Source: Nitrosopumilus sp.
Lineage (GTDB): Archaea; Thermoproteota; Nitrososphaeria; Nitrososphaerales; Nitrosopumilaceae
Assembly: GCA_965218785.1 (NCBI GenBank)
Contig: OZ244650.1
Coordinates: 768,001 to 832,000 of the forward strand
DNA length: 64,000 nucleotides
Direction: 5' to 3'
Below, piece after piece: positions 51,136-60,152 of the stretch. Every line of letters begins with the position of its first letter. Within the stretch, counting starts at the first letter, position 1. Made by a program: the position numbers and the translations under genes. The notes beneath the pieces are model-generated. The model worked only from the letters and a program-made list of their open reading frames with translations, was not told the origin of the DNA and searched no databases.

Positions 51136-51279
51136 ATGGCAGTAAGAGAAGTTGCACCATTTGATGAAAAACAATGGAAACAACTTGAGGAAATGATGTT
51201 CAGAGGATCTACTAAAAAACAATTGAAAGCAATTGCAGACGCTAAAGAACGTATTAAAAACATCAAAGTAGAATTTTAG
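51136..51279 (+). CDS. 47-aa putative antitoxin, copy 3
   Basis: MAVREVAPFDEKQWKQLEEMMFRGSTKKQLKAIADAKERIKNIKVEF. Confidence 0.68.
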   Translation: MAVREVAPFDEKQWKQLEEMMFRGSTKKQLKAIADAKERIKNIKVEF

Positions 51280-51290
51280 GTTTTTAAAAA

Positions 51291-51362
51291 TTGTCAGAAC
51301 GAATTGATTTCAATGATACAAGCTTGGTTGAATTTGAAAGGGTAAGATCACCTGCCGATTTA
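51291..51362 (+). pseudogene. Truncated, diverged GNAT copy
   Basis: SERIDFNDTSLVEFERVRSPADL, after which similarity ends. Confidence 0.75.
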
Positions 51363-51545
51363 GTTATAACATGGATCCCATTAATAAAACGCTTATTCTT
51401 TTTCTTTATTATCTACAGGAAAGAATTTCGCAATAATTGTCTCTGAATCTATCTTCATAACGTTTCCTTTTGTTGTACAAAAAGTAGATATCTAGGATTC
51501 AAAAGATCATAGTGGATTAATTTTGAATGATCTTCATTTTATTAA

Positions 51546-52238
51546 TTATTGAAATAATTCCGGCATTTTGATGTCTGATGGTATATTCTCCAGGATATCC
51601 AGTGGTTCGTTAAGCTCCATTGCACCGTACTCTATCATTTTTTCAGGCCATTTCAAGTTATTATTGTGAACTACCGACTTGCAAATAAACAGTGGTCTGC
51701 CTAGTCTGAGTGTCTCCAAGCCCTGATGTAGCGAACCGCTTGAATCACCGGCTTCCACAATTACAGTGGCATCAGAAATCAACGCCATGGTTTTGTTTCG
51801 CAACACAAAATCCTTTGGCGTAGTTGTATGACCTGTAGGATACTGGGAAATCACCAAATGATTTTTCATAATTTCTTCCTGCAATTCTGAATTTTCTTTG
51901 GGATAGACCCTGTTTAACGGAGTGCCAATAACTGCAATGGTTTTACCTTCATGTCTGATGGCAGTTTGGTGTCCTGCCGTATCAATTCCCTTTGCGAGTC
52001 CGCTTACAATGGTTACTTTGTTTTCAATCAAGCACTTTGAGATCTCTTTAGCTTCTGATAGTCCCTGTTCTGATGCTTTTCTAGAACCGATGATTGAGAC
52101 TCTTGGACAGGGTAAAGGAATCCTCATGGGACCTTTGCAGAAGATCCTCTTTGGAGCAAATTTTGATTCAACATCATTTAACAGACGACCGAGTAGTTTT
52201 TCTAATCGAATATCCTGATATCCTGCGTCTTTAACCAT
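51546..52238 (-). CDS. DprA/Smf-family protein (Rossmann domain only)
   Basis: SIIGSRKAS, IVSGLAKGID, F-x-x-RNKTMALIS, VEAGDSSGSL. Confidence 0.9.
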   Translation of the reverse strand: MVKDAGYQDIRLEKLLGRLLNDVESKFAPKRIFCKGPMRIPLPCPRVSIIGSRKASEQGLSEAKEISKCLIENKVTIVSGLAKGIDTAGHQTAIRHEGKTIAVIGTPLNRVYPKENSELQEEIMKNHLVISQYPTGHTTTPKDFVLRNKTMALISDATVIVEAGDSSGSLHQGLETLRLGRPLFICKSVVHNNNLKWPEKMIEYGAMELNEPLDILENIPSDIKMPELFQ

Positions 52239-52359
52239 CTATTAGGAAACCATCATGTTTGTATTTTAATATTAGTGACACGCAAATATTTTTGAGATCA
52301 ATTTTATCAAACCAAAAACTACAAGGATCATTCCTGTTCTAAAATAACATGAGATCAAT

Positions 52360-52645
52360 CATGCCGGAAGATTTCAGAAAAGCGTACAAAAAAGAAAAAG
52401 ATCCAAAAGTAAAGCCAAGAATGCTCAGTACACATGTTTTATGTACGTAACAAGGATGTGCAGGAAATAGCACAAGATCTACTGCAATGTCCTAACTGGG
52501 TCACCTAGTGAGTAGAACGCTTGGAAAATGAAGGTCTGGAAGGCTCCTGGATCTTCCCAAATATGAAAGACCTGTAAAAATTCCACACAAAAAAATGGAT
52601 CAGATAATGCCCAAAACATCCAGTGGACGCATTACGCCGGGATTC
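52360..52645 (+). mobile_element. IS630-family transposase N-terminal remnant
   Basis: AYKKEKDPKVKPRML...EIAQDLLQCPNWV...ERLENEGLEG-L-DLP, broken by stops and frameshifts. Confidence 0.65.
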
Positions 52646-52742
52646 CACCATTATTTGCACATCCATTTGTAATTTTGTATTATGATACAGCAACATCATG
52701 TATTGTAAAAATTTCAGAAATAGTTAATTCTCTAAATTTCAT
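52640..52742 (-). pseudogene. Doc/Fic toxin N-terminal remnant
   Basis: MKFRELTISEIFTIHDVAVS*YKITNGCANNGGI resembles the Doc N-terminus L-T-x-x-E-I-x-x-I-H-D...G; in-frame stop, abuts the IS630 relic. Confidence 0.5.
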
Positions 52743-52815
52743 CTAATGCATCAAAAATCACTCTTGACTCATTAATGCTTTTTCTAACTGCTTCTTGGAG
52801 CTCTTCTTTAGTCAT
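52732..52815 (-). CDS. 27-aa putative Phd-like antitoxin
   Basis: MTKEELQEAVRKSINESRVIFDALDEI; overlaps the Doc-like start. Confidence 0.45.
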   Translation of the reverse strand: MTKEELQEAVRKSINESRVIFDALDEI

Positions 52816-53333
52816 TTTCAATACCAATTTAACATTATAATATAATCTATTAAAGATAACGGTTGTCTGCTCTGGATAATTTGCGGGTGTTTTCACTGCA
52901 CTGTAATTGGGGTGTTTTCGAGAATTTTAGATACTTGTAGCGATCAAAAATTGCATATTAAGTCAATAATCCTGCTTTAAAAATATTCCAGCTATCTAAA
53001 AATGGAGATGTTAAACCTTGACCCACCAACCATTATTTTTTCCAGATAGGGTATTCCCAGTACCATCTGAATTTCGTTTTTTCTTCACATGTGGTTAATA
53101 GAATAAACGGTAGAATTTTTATTGAAATCTACTTTAATTTGGATGCTGATACGTAATTGGTTGCCTTGAAACACGATTCTGGTGTAAAACAGTGGTCTGA
53201 TCACCCCAATACATCAGAACCGGTGGGACTGACTCTGGAGAAGATCATATTTCATACCTCATGTCTAGCACACGATAATTTCACAGTACCGATCATACCA
53301 AAAAATTATAAAGTCATTTTGTTATAATATAAC

Positions 53334-53456
53334 ATGATACCAAAAGAAAAACTACTATGGACTGCTAAAGATAGTGAGGATGCTAAAGCATTCGTAGAAG
53401 GTGTAGATAACGGTTCAATTCAAACCGAGGATTTCTTTAATTTAAAAAGGACATAA
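53334..53456 (+). CDS. 40-aa microprotein, possible antitoxin
   Basis: MIPKEKLLWTAKDSEDAKAFVEGVDNGSIQTEDFFNLKRT; TTATAAAG box ~25 bp upstream. Confidence 0.4.
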   Translation: MIPKEKLLWTAKDSEDAKAFVEGVDNGSIQTEDFFNLKRT

Positions 53457-53556
53457 TATTCATTAGTAAATGCCTTGGATACCTTCAAGTCATTCTCCAA
53501 ATGTGGTTGATTTCAGTTTATGCATTTGGAATATGTCAGTCCAAGATAGATTACCA

Positions 53557-53688
53557 CTAAACTCTATCGAGTTCTTGCAATAGCTCCTTGAGGGTTTTTA
53601 TCTCTCCATCCTCACGGTTGCTTCTGAATTCTTTAATGTCCTTAATCTCTTCAGGTGTCAAATCATCAGACTGTTTTGTTTCAGTCAT
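53557..53688 (-). CDS. 43-aa putative antitoxin, paralog of 45386-45529
   Basis: MTETKQSDDLTPEEIKDIKEF...KTLKELLQEL; shares DDLTPEEIKDI with the 45386 ORF. Confidence 0.6.
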   Translation of the reverse strand: MTETKQSDDLTPEEIKDIKEFRSNREDGEIKTLKELLQELDRV

Positions 53689-54033
53689 ATTCTTTCTATT
53701 TTTTATATATTAAAAAAGACTATGAATCAAGATTATGCAAATTTGCAGACTCGATCAATCTTTTCCATATTTTGATGGTTATGATACCTGCTATCAATAT
53801 TAGATGATTCAGATTGGATGGTTCTACAAAACACTGTCTGAATCAATCCTCCAGTCTACAATACCCTCATTCTGACTTGGAAAAAACAGATCTGATGATA
53901 AACTGGAACACCACCACACACCATACAACTGCCAAATATGCGTAAAACCGTTCCACAGATGATATCATGCTGGGATAACTGACGGGATCCTGTCAAGAAA
54001 ACTTTAAACCTACTCAACAACACCAGTTTTTAA

Positions 54034-55128
54034 ATGGGAGGCAGAATTAAAGTCGGTTTAATAGGCATTGGTAACTGCTTTTCAGGGCTGATTCAAGGCA
54101 TAGAATACTATCGAAAAAACCCGTCGCAGCAGGTTATTGGAATTATTCATGAACAACTAGCCGGATATGGCATCCATGATGTTGATTTTGTATGCGGCTT
54201 TGATGTTGGTAAAAACAAGGTTGGCAAGCCACTCATGGATGCAATTTATGAATCCCCCAACATCGTTGACTGGATTCCCAAAAATGAAATGCCAAAGACT
54301 GCCGCCATGGTACATGAGAGTCCCATATTAGACGGGGTCGGACTGTGGGTTGAAAACAAAATCCTGCCAATTCAAAGTAACAAAACCATCGAGCAGATCA
54401 CCAAAGATGTAAAACAGATCATCCAAGATACAGGCGTCGAAGTTCTCGTATCGTACCTGCCTGTGGGTTCTGACAAGGTAACTGCATTCTGGGCTCAAAT
54501 CTGTCTTGATACCAAAACCGCATTTGTAAACTGTATTCCGTCATTTATCGCATCAGATGAGAAATGGGCTAAAAAATTCCAAGATGCAAACATTCCGTGT
54601 ATTGGCGATGACATAAAGGGCCAGGTTGGTGCCACCATAGTTCATAGGACTCTGGCAAAGTTATGTAACGACCGGGGGACCAAAATTGAAAAAACATACC
54701 AGATCAACGTTGGAGGCAACACTGATTTTCTAAACATGAAGGAGCAGGAACGGCTTGTTTCTAAAAGAATCTCCAAGACCGAAAGCGTTCAAAGCCAGCT
54801 TGATACCAGGCTAGATGATGATCAAATCTATGTCGGTCCGTCTGATTTCATCCCGTTTTTGGGCAATACCAAACTCATGTTTATGAGAATTGAAGGGCGT
54901 CAATGGGCAAACATCCCATACAACATGGAGGTTCGTCTGGACGTTGATGACAAGGCAAACTCTGCTGGTATCGTAATTGATGCAGTCAGGCTTGCAAAAA
55001 TCGCCCTTGATAGGGGGATTGGGGGGCCGATCAAGGCTGCCAGTGCATACCTGATGAAACACCCCATAGAACAAACCTCCGATGTTGCAGCAAAAATTGC
55101 ATGTGAAGAGTTTGTCGCAGACAAGTAA
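54034..55128 (+). CDS. ino1: Myo-inositol-1-phosphate synthase
   Basis: GIGNCFS, SYLPVGS, GDDIKGQVGAT, NVGGNTDFLNM, SKTESV, DKANSAG. Confidence 0.95.
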   Translation: MGGRIKVGLIGIGNCFSGLIQGIEYYRKNPSQQVIGIIHEQLAGYGIHDVDFVCGFDVGKNKVGKPLMDAIYESPNIVDWIPKNEMPKTAAMVHESPILDGVGLWVENKILPIQSNKTIEQITKDVKQIIQDTGVEVLVSYLPVGSDKVTAFWAQICLDTKTAFVNCIPSFIASDEKWAKKFQDANIPCIGDDIKGQVGATIVHRTLAKLCNDRGTKIEKTYQINVGGNTDFLNMKEQERLVSKRISKTESVQSQLDTRLDDDQIYVGPSDFIPFLGNTKLMFMRIEGRQWANIPYNMEVRLDVDDKANSAGIVIDAVRLAKIALDRGIGGPIKAASAYLMKHPIEQTSDVAAKIACEEFVADK

Positions 55129-55581
55129 CCATCAAACACTGTTCTGAAAATCCTGTTTTTTCTGCCTTTTTCGTGAGCGGATTGTTTTGAGCGTTAACCG
55201 AGTCGTGGCTTTAGTAGTATCATCCATGCCTGTAATCATGCCTGTCAGACTAAATCCGCCTGATTTCGGTGTCCACATCTGAATACCTGCATACTGTCAT
55301 GACCCCCCATAATCAGACTGCCTCAAACCGTTTAGTACCCTGCCCTGCAACTCCTGACAGCAGTCTGAATCAAATCTGCTTTCCACTTTTGGCATGTCTT
55401 CCATCCCAAACAACACAAATTAGAAACATCAGCAGACTAGCCACTGCTGCCATAAATTCAAAACGCTTCTAACGCGACAGCCGCTACGAAAAATCTCATA
55501 GTAAAACAAGAAAAATTATGCAATTATGTCAACTAAACTTGTTAACCATCGATTATCCAATCAGATGTGATAAGATACCTA

Positions 55582-58500
55582 TTGGTTCACATTAAAAAAG
55601 TCGAGATCTTTGGTTTCAAGTCATTTGGATTTAAAAACACCACCGTCCAGTTCGAACCCGGACTTGTATCGATCTCCGGTCCGAACGGTTCAGGCAAAAG
55701 CAACATCCTAGATGCAATTATCTTTGCAATGGGTGAGAACAAACCCAAAGTGATGAGGGTGGACAAACTGCGATCACTAATCCATGATATCGAGGGTGCG
55801 CACCGCAGTACAAAAATGGCACGATCCAGCGTTCATTTTGACAACACAGACAGAAAGATCCCAATCGATTCTGATCTTGTTGAGGTGACAAGAGAGATGG
55901 ACACAAACGGGGAGAACACGTATTACCTAAACAAAAAAAAGACAAACCGCGGGCAGATCCTTGATCTGCTTGATATGGCAAATGCCGGTCTCGGACAGTT
56001 AAATGCAGTCCAACAGGGAACAGTCACCAGAATTTCAGAATTCACATCCGAAGAAAAAAGAAAGACGATCGAGGATTTAATCGGTCTCTCCTACTTTGAT
56101 GAAAAAAAGACAGAGGCAGTAAAACAGCTAGACGAGGCTGACAGGCGGCTGGAGATTGCCCTGGCAAAGATGGGTGAAATCAAAAAACGCATTGACGAGC
56201 TAGAGGAGGAGCGAAACCAGAAACTGCGCCATGGCCTGCTTGGGCGCGAACTTGGCAGGTACAAAGCAATAGCTGCTGCCGATAAGATGAAGGTGGTCTC
56301 AACCCAGAAGGAATCCCGGGAATCCACGCTACGCACGATCACTTCCCAGATAACGGTATTTAATGATGAACGCACTGCCTCAAGAACCGAGATATCCGGA
56401 CTGGAGGCTGAAAAATCAGCTCTGATGGGGGAGGCCAACGATTACAGCCAGGAAAAGGCATCCCTTGATGCTGAGATCAGCTCTGCAATGGAGCAGTATG
56501 AGACAGACAACAGTGCAATCTCTGTATCCCACAAGCGAATAAAACAGCTCGATAACAGAATTCCTGAAATAAAAACAGAGCTGGAGAAGATCACCGGCAT
56601 CAGAGAGGATATTGACAGTCAAATTATAGATATGAACCAGTCCATAACAGAGACAAACCTGAAAAAAACCAAGATTGATGATGACATGAGAGTCGTCGAT
56701 TCCCAGCGAAATAAAATCCTCACAGAGCAGTCCAAGATTGCGGCAGAAAAATCCGAAATTGATGATAAAATAAAACGTCTTCGTACACAGCTAAATGATT
56801 CAGAGCTAAAACTCTCAAAGGCCAATCATAAAAAAGAGCAGCACGAAATCAACATCCAGAGAAACTCTACAAAATTCTCAGAGCTGGAACAGGACGTCAC
56901 AAAACTCTCCGGGTACAAATCCCAGCTTGAATCAATGATGAAAAACCACAATGCGTCCATCATCGAGCTAAAATCCAGAATTGCAAAATTACAAAAAAGA
57001 AAGCTAAAGATTACCAGTGACATGGATGAGCTGGGGCTGGTACTGGATAAATCCAGCACGGCTGCAAACCAGTACGAATCCAAAATAAAGACCGTAAAGG
57101 GATTCATGCACGAGGATTACACCATTGCAAAGCTAAAGGGGGATGCAGACCAGCTCGGCATCGAGGGTCTGGTGTATGAGATGATCTCATGGGATAAGAA
57201 ATACGAGCGCTCCGTACTTGCTGCCAGCTCCGACTGGATAAAGGCAATCGTCGTAAAGGACTTTGCAACACTTCTCGGTCTTGCCCAGGTTGCCAAAAGC
57301 AAAAAACTCCCGAAATTAAAAATCATCCCACTTGATGCCATACCTGATTTCAAACTAAAAATACCAGACAAACCCGGGGTTTTGGGGGTGCTTGCAAACC
57401 ACGTACAATGTGATCCCGCATACACGGCACTTCGGACATTTCTCTTTGGTAACATCATACTTGCAGAGACCCGGGAATCGGCATACACCATCTCCAGATC
57501 CGGCTACAAGGCAGTAACCCTGGACGGCGAGTATTTTGAGGCACGGGGCGGGACTGTAGTCATTGACATCAACTCAAAGATCTCAAAACTCACAAAACTA
57601 ATCTCGATGAGCAGTGATATTGACGGGTTGTTCCAGTCAATCAACGTCATAAAAAAATACGTGTTAAAGAAAAAGCACTCTTTGAAAAAACTCGACGACT
57701 CTATCCAGTCATATACGGCACGCCTCTCAGTTTCAGAGAGCTCCCTTGCAAAGACAAACGAGAACTACTCCAATTTAAAATCACGAATCGACTCTGCGGT
57801 AAACACAAAGGCACAACTAACAGATAGAATCTCCAAACTAACCTCGAGAAACTCTGTCATTGATTCTGAGACTGCCACAAGCGGATCCCACGTTGAATCA
57901 CTGCATCAGCGCATTGCAATCGTGGATGAAAACTATGCCACAGGCAAACAGACCAGCATTGCAAACGAACTATCCCGAATCAACTCAAAAAAAGACGACG
58001 TTGAAAAGCTGTTCACTGCAATCATGATTGAATACCGTGACAGACACTCACAGCTAACGGCACTGCAGACGCAGGATAACAGGGAGAAATCCCAGTCTGA
58101 CAGGCTGCACCAGGAAGAGGATTCCCACAACTCAGAACGCCTGGAACTAGAGGCAAAAATTCAGAGACTCGGGGAGCAAAAAGAGTCAAAGAGCGCGGTT
58201 CTTGTGAAACTAAGGCAGACAGAGCAGGATCTTATCTCCACCTCAGGTTCCTCCATAGGACGGCTCAAGGAATACGATGACAAGCTCAAAACGTTATCAG
58301 AGCGGGACAAGTATCTGACAGGACAGATAAACACATTAGAGCGCCAGTCTGACTCTATGAACCGCGACCTTGCCGATTTAAAAGAGAGCATGGGCGCACT
58401 GCGACAGATTCTTGCCGCATCAGAATTTGATAAAAACATGGAGACCTTTGATGTTGCCCCAATCATTAGCGGGCTCTCATCAGAACTCGCCTCCCTTGAC

Positions 58501-59106
58501 GCGCTAAATGCAAAGGCACCTGAGATATACGCCGAGATCTCCTTTGGTTACCGTTCCATGTCGACTCGAAAGAACTCCCTTGAGGAAGAGAGAAATTCCA
58601 TTGTAAAATTCATCGAGGGCGTTGAAAAAGACAAGCGCCAGACATTCCTTGACGCATTTGACAGGGTGGATAAAGAGATCCGTCTGATATTCAACAAGAT
58701 GACTGGTGGAAACGCCTGGCTGGAACTGCAAAACGAGGATGACATCTTCAACTCCGGCATCTCATACCTGATCCAGTTCCCAAACAAGCCAAAAAGAGAG
58801 TCCACTGCAATCAGTGGCGGTGAAAAGACGCTTGCTGCAATCGTGTTTGTGCTTGCACTACAAAAACTAAAGCCGTCTCCTTTTTACCTGTTTGATGAGG
58901 TTGATGCGCACCTTGATGCACCCAACGCCAAAAGACTGGCAAATATTCTAGAAGAGAGATCCAAGGAGAGCCAGTTTATCATGGTATCCCTAAAGGACTC
59001 TGTAGTACAAAGGGCAAAGCTAATCTACGGTGTCTTTCCAAAAAACGGCGTATCGCACGTTGTAACATACAAGGACAAGCGGATGCCTTCTGTAAACGCA
59101 TCCTAG
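55582..59106 (+). CDS. smc: Chromosome segregation ATPase SMC
   Basis: GFKSF, GPNGSGKSNILDAI, QQG, long coiled coils and hinge, SGGEKTL, FDEVDAHLD. Confidence 0.97.
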   Translation: MVHIKKVEIFGFKSFGFKNTTVQFEPGLVSISGPNGSGKSNILDAIIFAMGENKPKVMRVDKLRSLIHDIEGAHRSTKMARSSVHFDNTDRKIPIDSDLVEVTREMDTNGENTYYLNKKKTNRGQILDLLDMANAGLGQLNAVQQGTVTRISEFTSEEKRKTIEDLIGLSYFDEKKTEAVKQLDEADRRLEIALAKMGEIKKRIDELEEERNQKLRHGLLGRELGRYKAIAAADKMKVVSTQKESRESTLRTITSQITVFNDERTASRTEISGLEAEKSALMGEANDYSQEKASLDAEISSAMEQYETDNSAISVSHKRIKQLDNRIPEIKTELEKITGIREDIDSQIIDMNQSITETNLKKTKIDDDMRVVDSQRNKILTEQSKIAAEKSEIDDKIKRLRTQLNDSELKLSKANHKKEQHEINIQRNSTKFSELEQDVTKLSGYKSQLESMMKNHNASIIELKSRIAKLQKRKLKITSDMDELGLVLDKSSTAANQYESKIKTVKGFMHEDYTIAKLKGDADQLGIEGLVYEMISWDKKYERSVLAASSDWIKAIVVKDFATLLGLAQVAKSKKLPKLKIIPLDAIPDFKLKIPDKPGVLGVLANHVQCDPAYTALRTFLFGNIILAETRESAYTISRSGYKAVTLDGEYFEARGGTVVIDINSKISKLTKLISMSSDIDGLFQSINVIKKYVLKKKHSLKKLDDSIQSYTARLSVSESSLAKTNENYSNLKSRIDSAVNTKAQLTDRISKLTSRNSVIDSETATSGSHVESLHQRIAIVDENYATGKQTSIANELSRINSKKDDVEKLFTAIMIEYRDRHSQLTALQTQDNREKSQSDRLHQEEDSHNSERLELEAKIQRLGEQKESKSAVLVKLRQTEQDLISTSGSSIGRLKEYDDKLKTLSERDKYLTGQINTLERQSDSMNRDLADLKESMGALRQILAASEFDKNMETFDVAPIISGLSSELASLDALNAKAPEIYAEISFGYRSMSTRKNSLEEERNSIVKFIEGVEKDKRQTFLDAFDRVDKEIRLIFNKMTGGNAWLELQNEDDIFNSGISYLIQFPNKPKRESTAISGGEKTLAAIVFVLALQKLKPSPFYLFDEVDAHLDAPNAKRLANILEERSKESQFIMVSLKDSVVQRAKLIYGVFPKNGVSHVVTYKDKRMPSVNAS

Positions 59107-60080
59107 TCCGGATTTACATAACATGCACAATAGTGAGCATCGCCGATCCTCTCTAGGTCCGGCTCGTCCTTACATTTATCTATCACATATGGGCACCTGT
59201 TGCTGAACCTGCACCCCTGATACACGTCCGTATTACCTGCAGGTTCGTTTATCCTGATTATCTTCTCCCGGTGCAGGTTCTCCGGATCCGGCTCTGAGAT
59301 GGCATCAATTAACGCCTGGGTGTATGGGTGTCTGGGTTTTTGGAGGACTATATCCACCGGTCCCATCTCTACGATCTTTCCCAGGTATAATATTCCAATC
59401 CTCTGGCCAAAGTATCTGGCAGTTGCCAGATCATGGGTGATATACACAAATGTAATGCCGTACTTTTTTTGCAGTTCCTGTAGCAGCTCTAACATCTCTG
59501 CCCTGATTGATACATCCAGCATTGAGACTGGCTCATCAGCTAGAATGATTTTAGGTTTTAGTGCCAGCGCCCTTGCCAGAACCACCCTCTGTCTTTGTCC
59601 TCCTGATAACATGTGGGGGTACTTTGTCATCATATCTTTGGCAGGCTCCAGTCTTACCTCCTGCAGTACCTCCAGCACTCTGCGTTCTCTCTCCTCCCTG
59701 TCCCCTATATCGTGAATCTCAAGCGGCTCTGATACGATATCCTTTACCTTCATTCTCGGATTTATCGAGTCGTAGGGATCCTGGTGGATCATCTGGCAGT
59801 TCATTCTGATCTTTTTCATGCTCTCTGGCTCGTCAGTTATCTCCTGACCCTCAAAAAAGATTCTGCCTGAATCCGGCTTTATTGATTTTAGGATTAGCTT
59901 TGCCATGGTTGATTTTCCAGAACCTGACTCCCCTGCCAGGACAAATACCTCGCCTTTTCTTACCGAAAATGAGACGTCGTCTGCCGCCCTGACCGTATCT
60001 GATTTTGAGCCGGACAGCCATCCAGTTTTTTTGGTAAAATACTTTTTTAGATGCTCTACTCTGAGTATCTCGTCTTCCAT
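59103..60080 (-). CDS. Oligopeptide/dipeptide ABC transporter ATP-binding protein
   Basis: GESGSGKST, LSGGQRQR, ADEPVSMLD, ITHDL, HPYT...GCRF-x-x-RCP. Confidence 0.94.
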   Translation of the reverse strand: MEDEILRVEHLKKYFTKKTGWLSGSKSDTVRAADDVSFSVRKGEVFVLAGESGSGKSTMAKLILKSIKPDSGRIFFEGQEITDEPESMKKIRMNCQMIHQDPYDSINPRMKVKDIVSEPLEIHDIGDREERERRVLEVLQEVRLEPAKDMMTKYPHMLSGGQRQRVVLARALALKPKIILADEPVSMLDVSIRAEMLELLQELQKKYGITFVYITHDLATARYFGQRIGILYLGKIVEMGPVDIVLQKPRHPYTQALIDAISEPDPENLHREKIIRINEPAGNTDVYQGCRFSNRCPYVIDKCKDEPDLERIGDAHYCACYVNPD

Positions 60081-60152
60081 GAGTATCCCCCAGCAAAGAA
60101 GTATATCAAGATGATAACCACTCATAAATTCGGGATAACGCATTTATGTTGA

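Larger units (their letters stand above)
48059..53221. repeat. Dispersed ~47-bp imperfect palindrome family with IS6-like ends (six copies)
   Basis: Consensus GGTTCTGGTGGATTCTAGTGATCTGATCACCAAAATGCACCAGAGCC at 48059-48105, 49513-49559, 50527-50569 (diverged), 50572-50617, 50988-51034 and 53175-53221 (diverged). Confidence 0.9.

Noticed and set aside
50655-51266. Two similar 64-aa minus-strand ORFs in the track
   Set aside because: Antisense shadows of the plus-strand 47-aa genes, which have TATA boxes and sit directly before GNAT.
48059-53221. Palindromes as classical integron attC sites
   Set aside because: They start GGTT and end GCC/ACC, not RYYYAAC...GTTRRRY, and no IntI is in the window. 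Kept only as an analogy.
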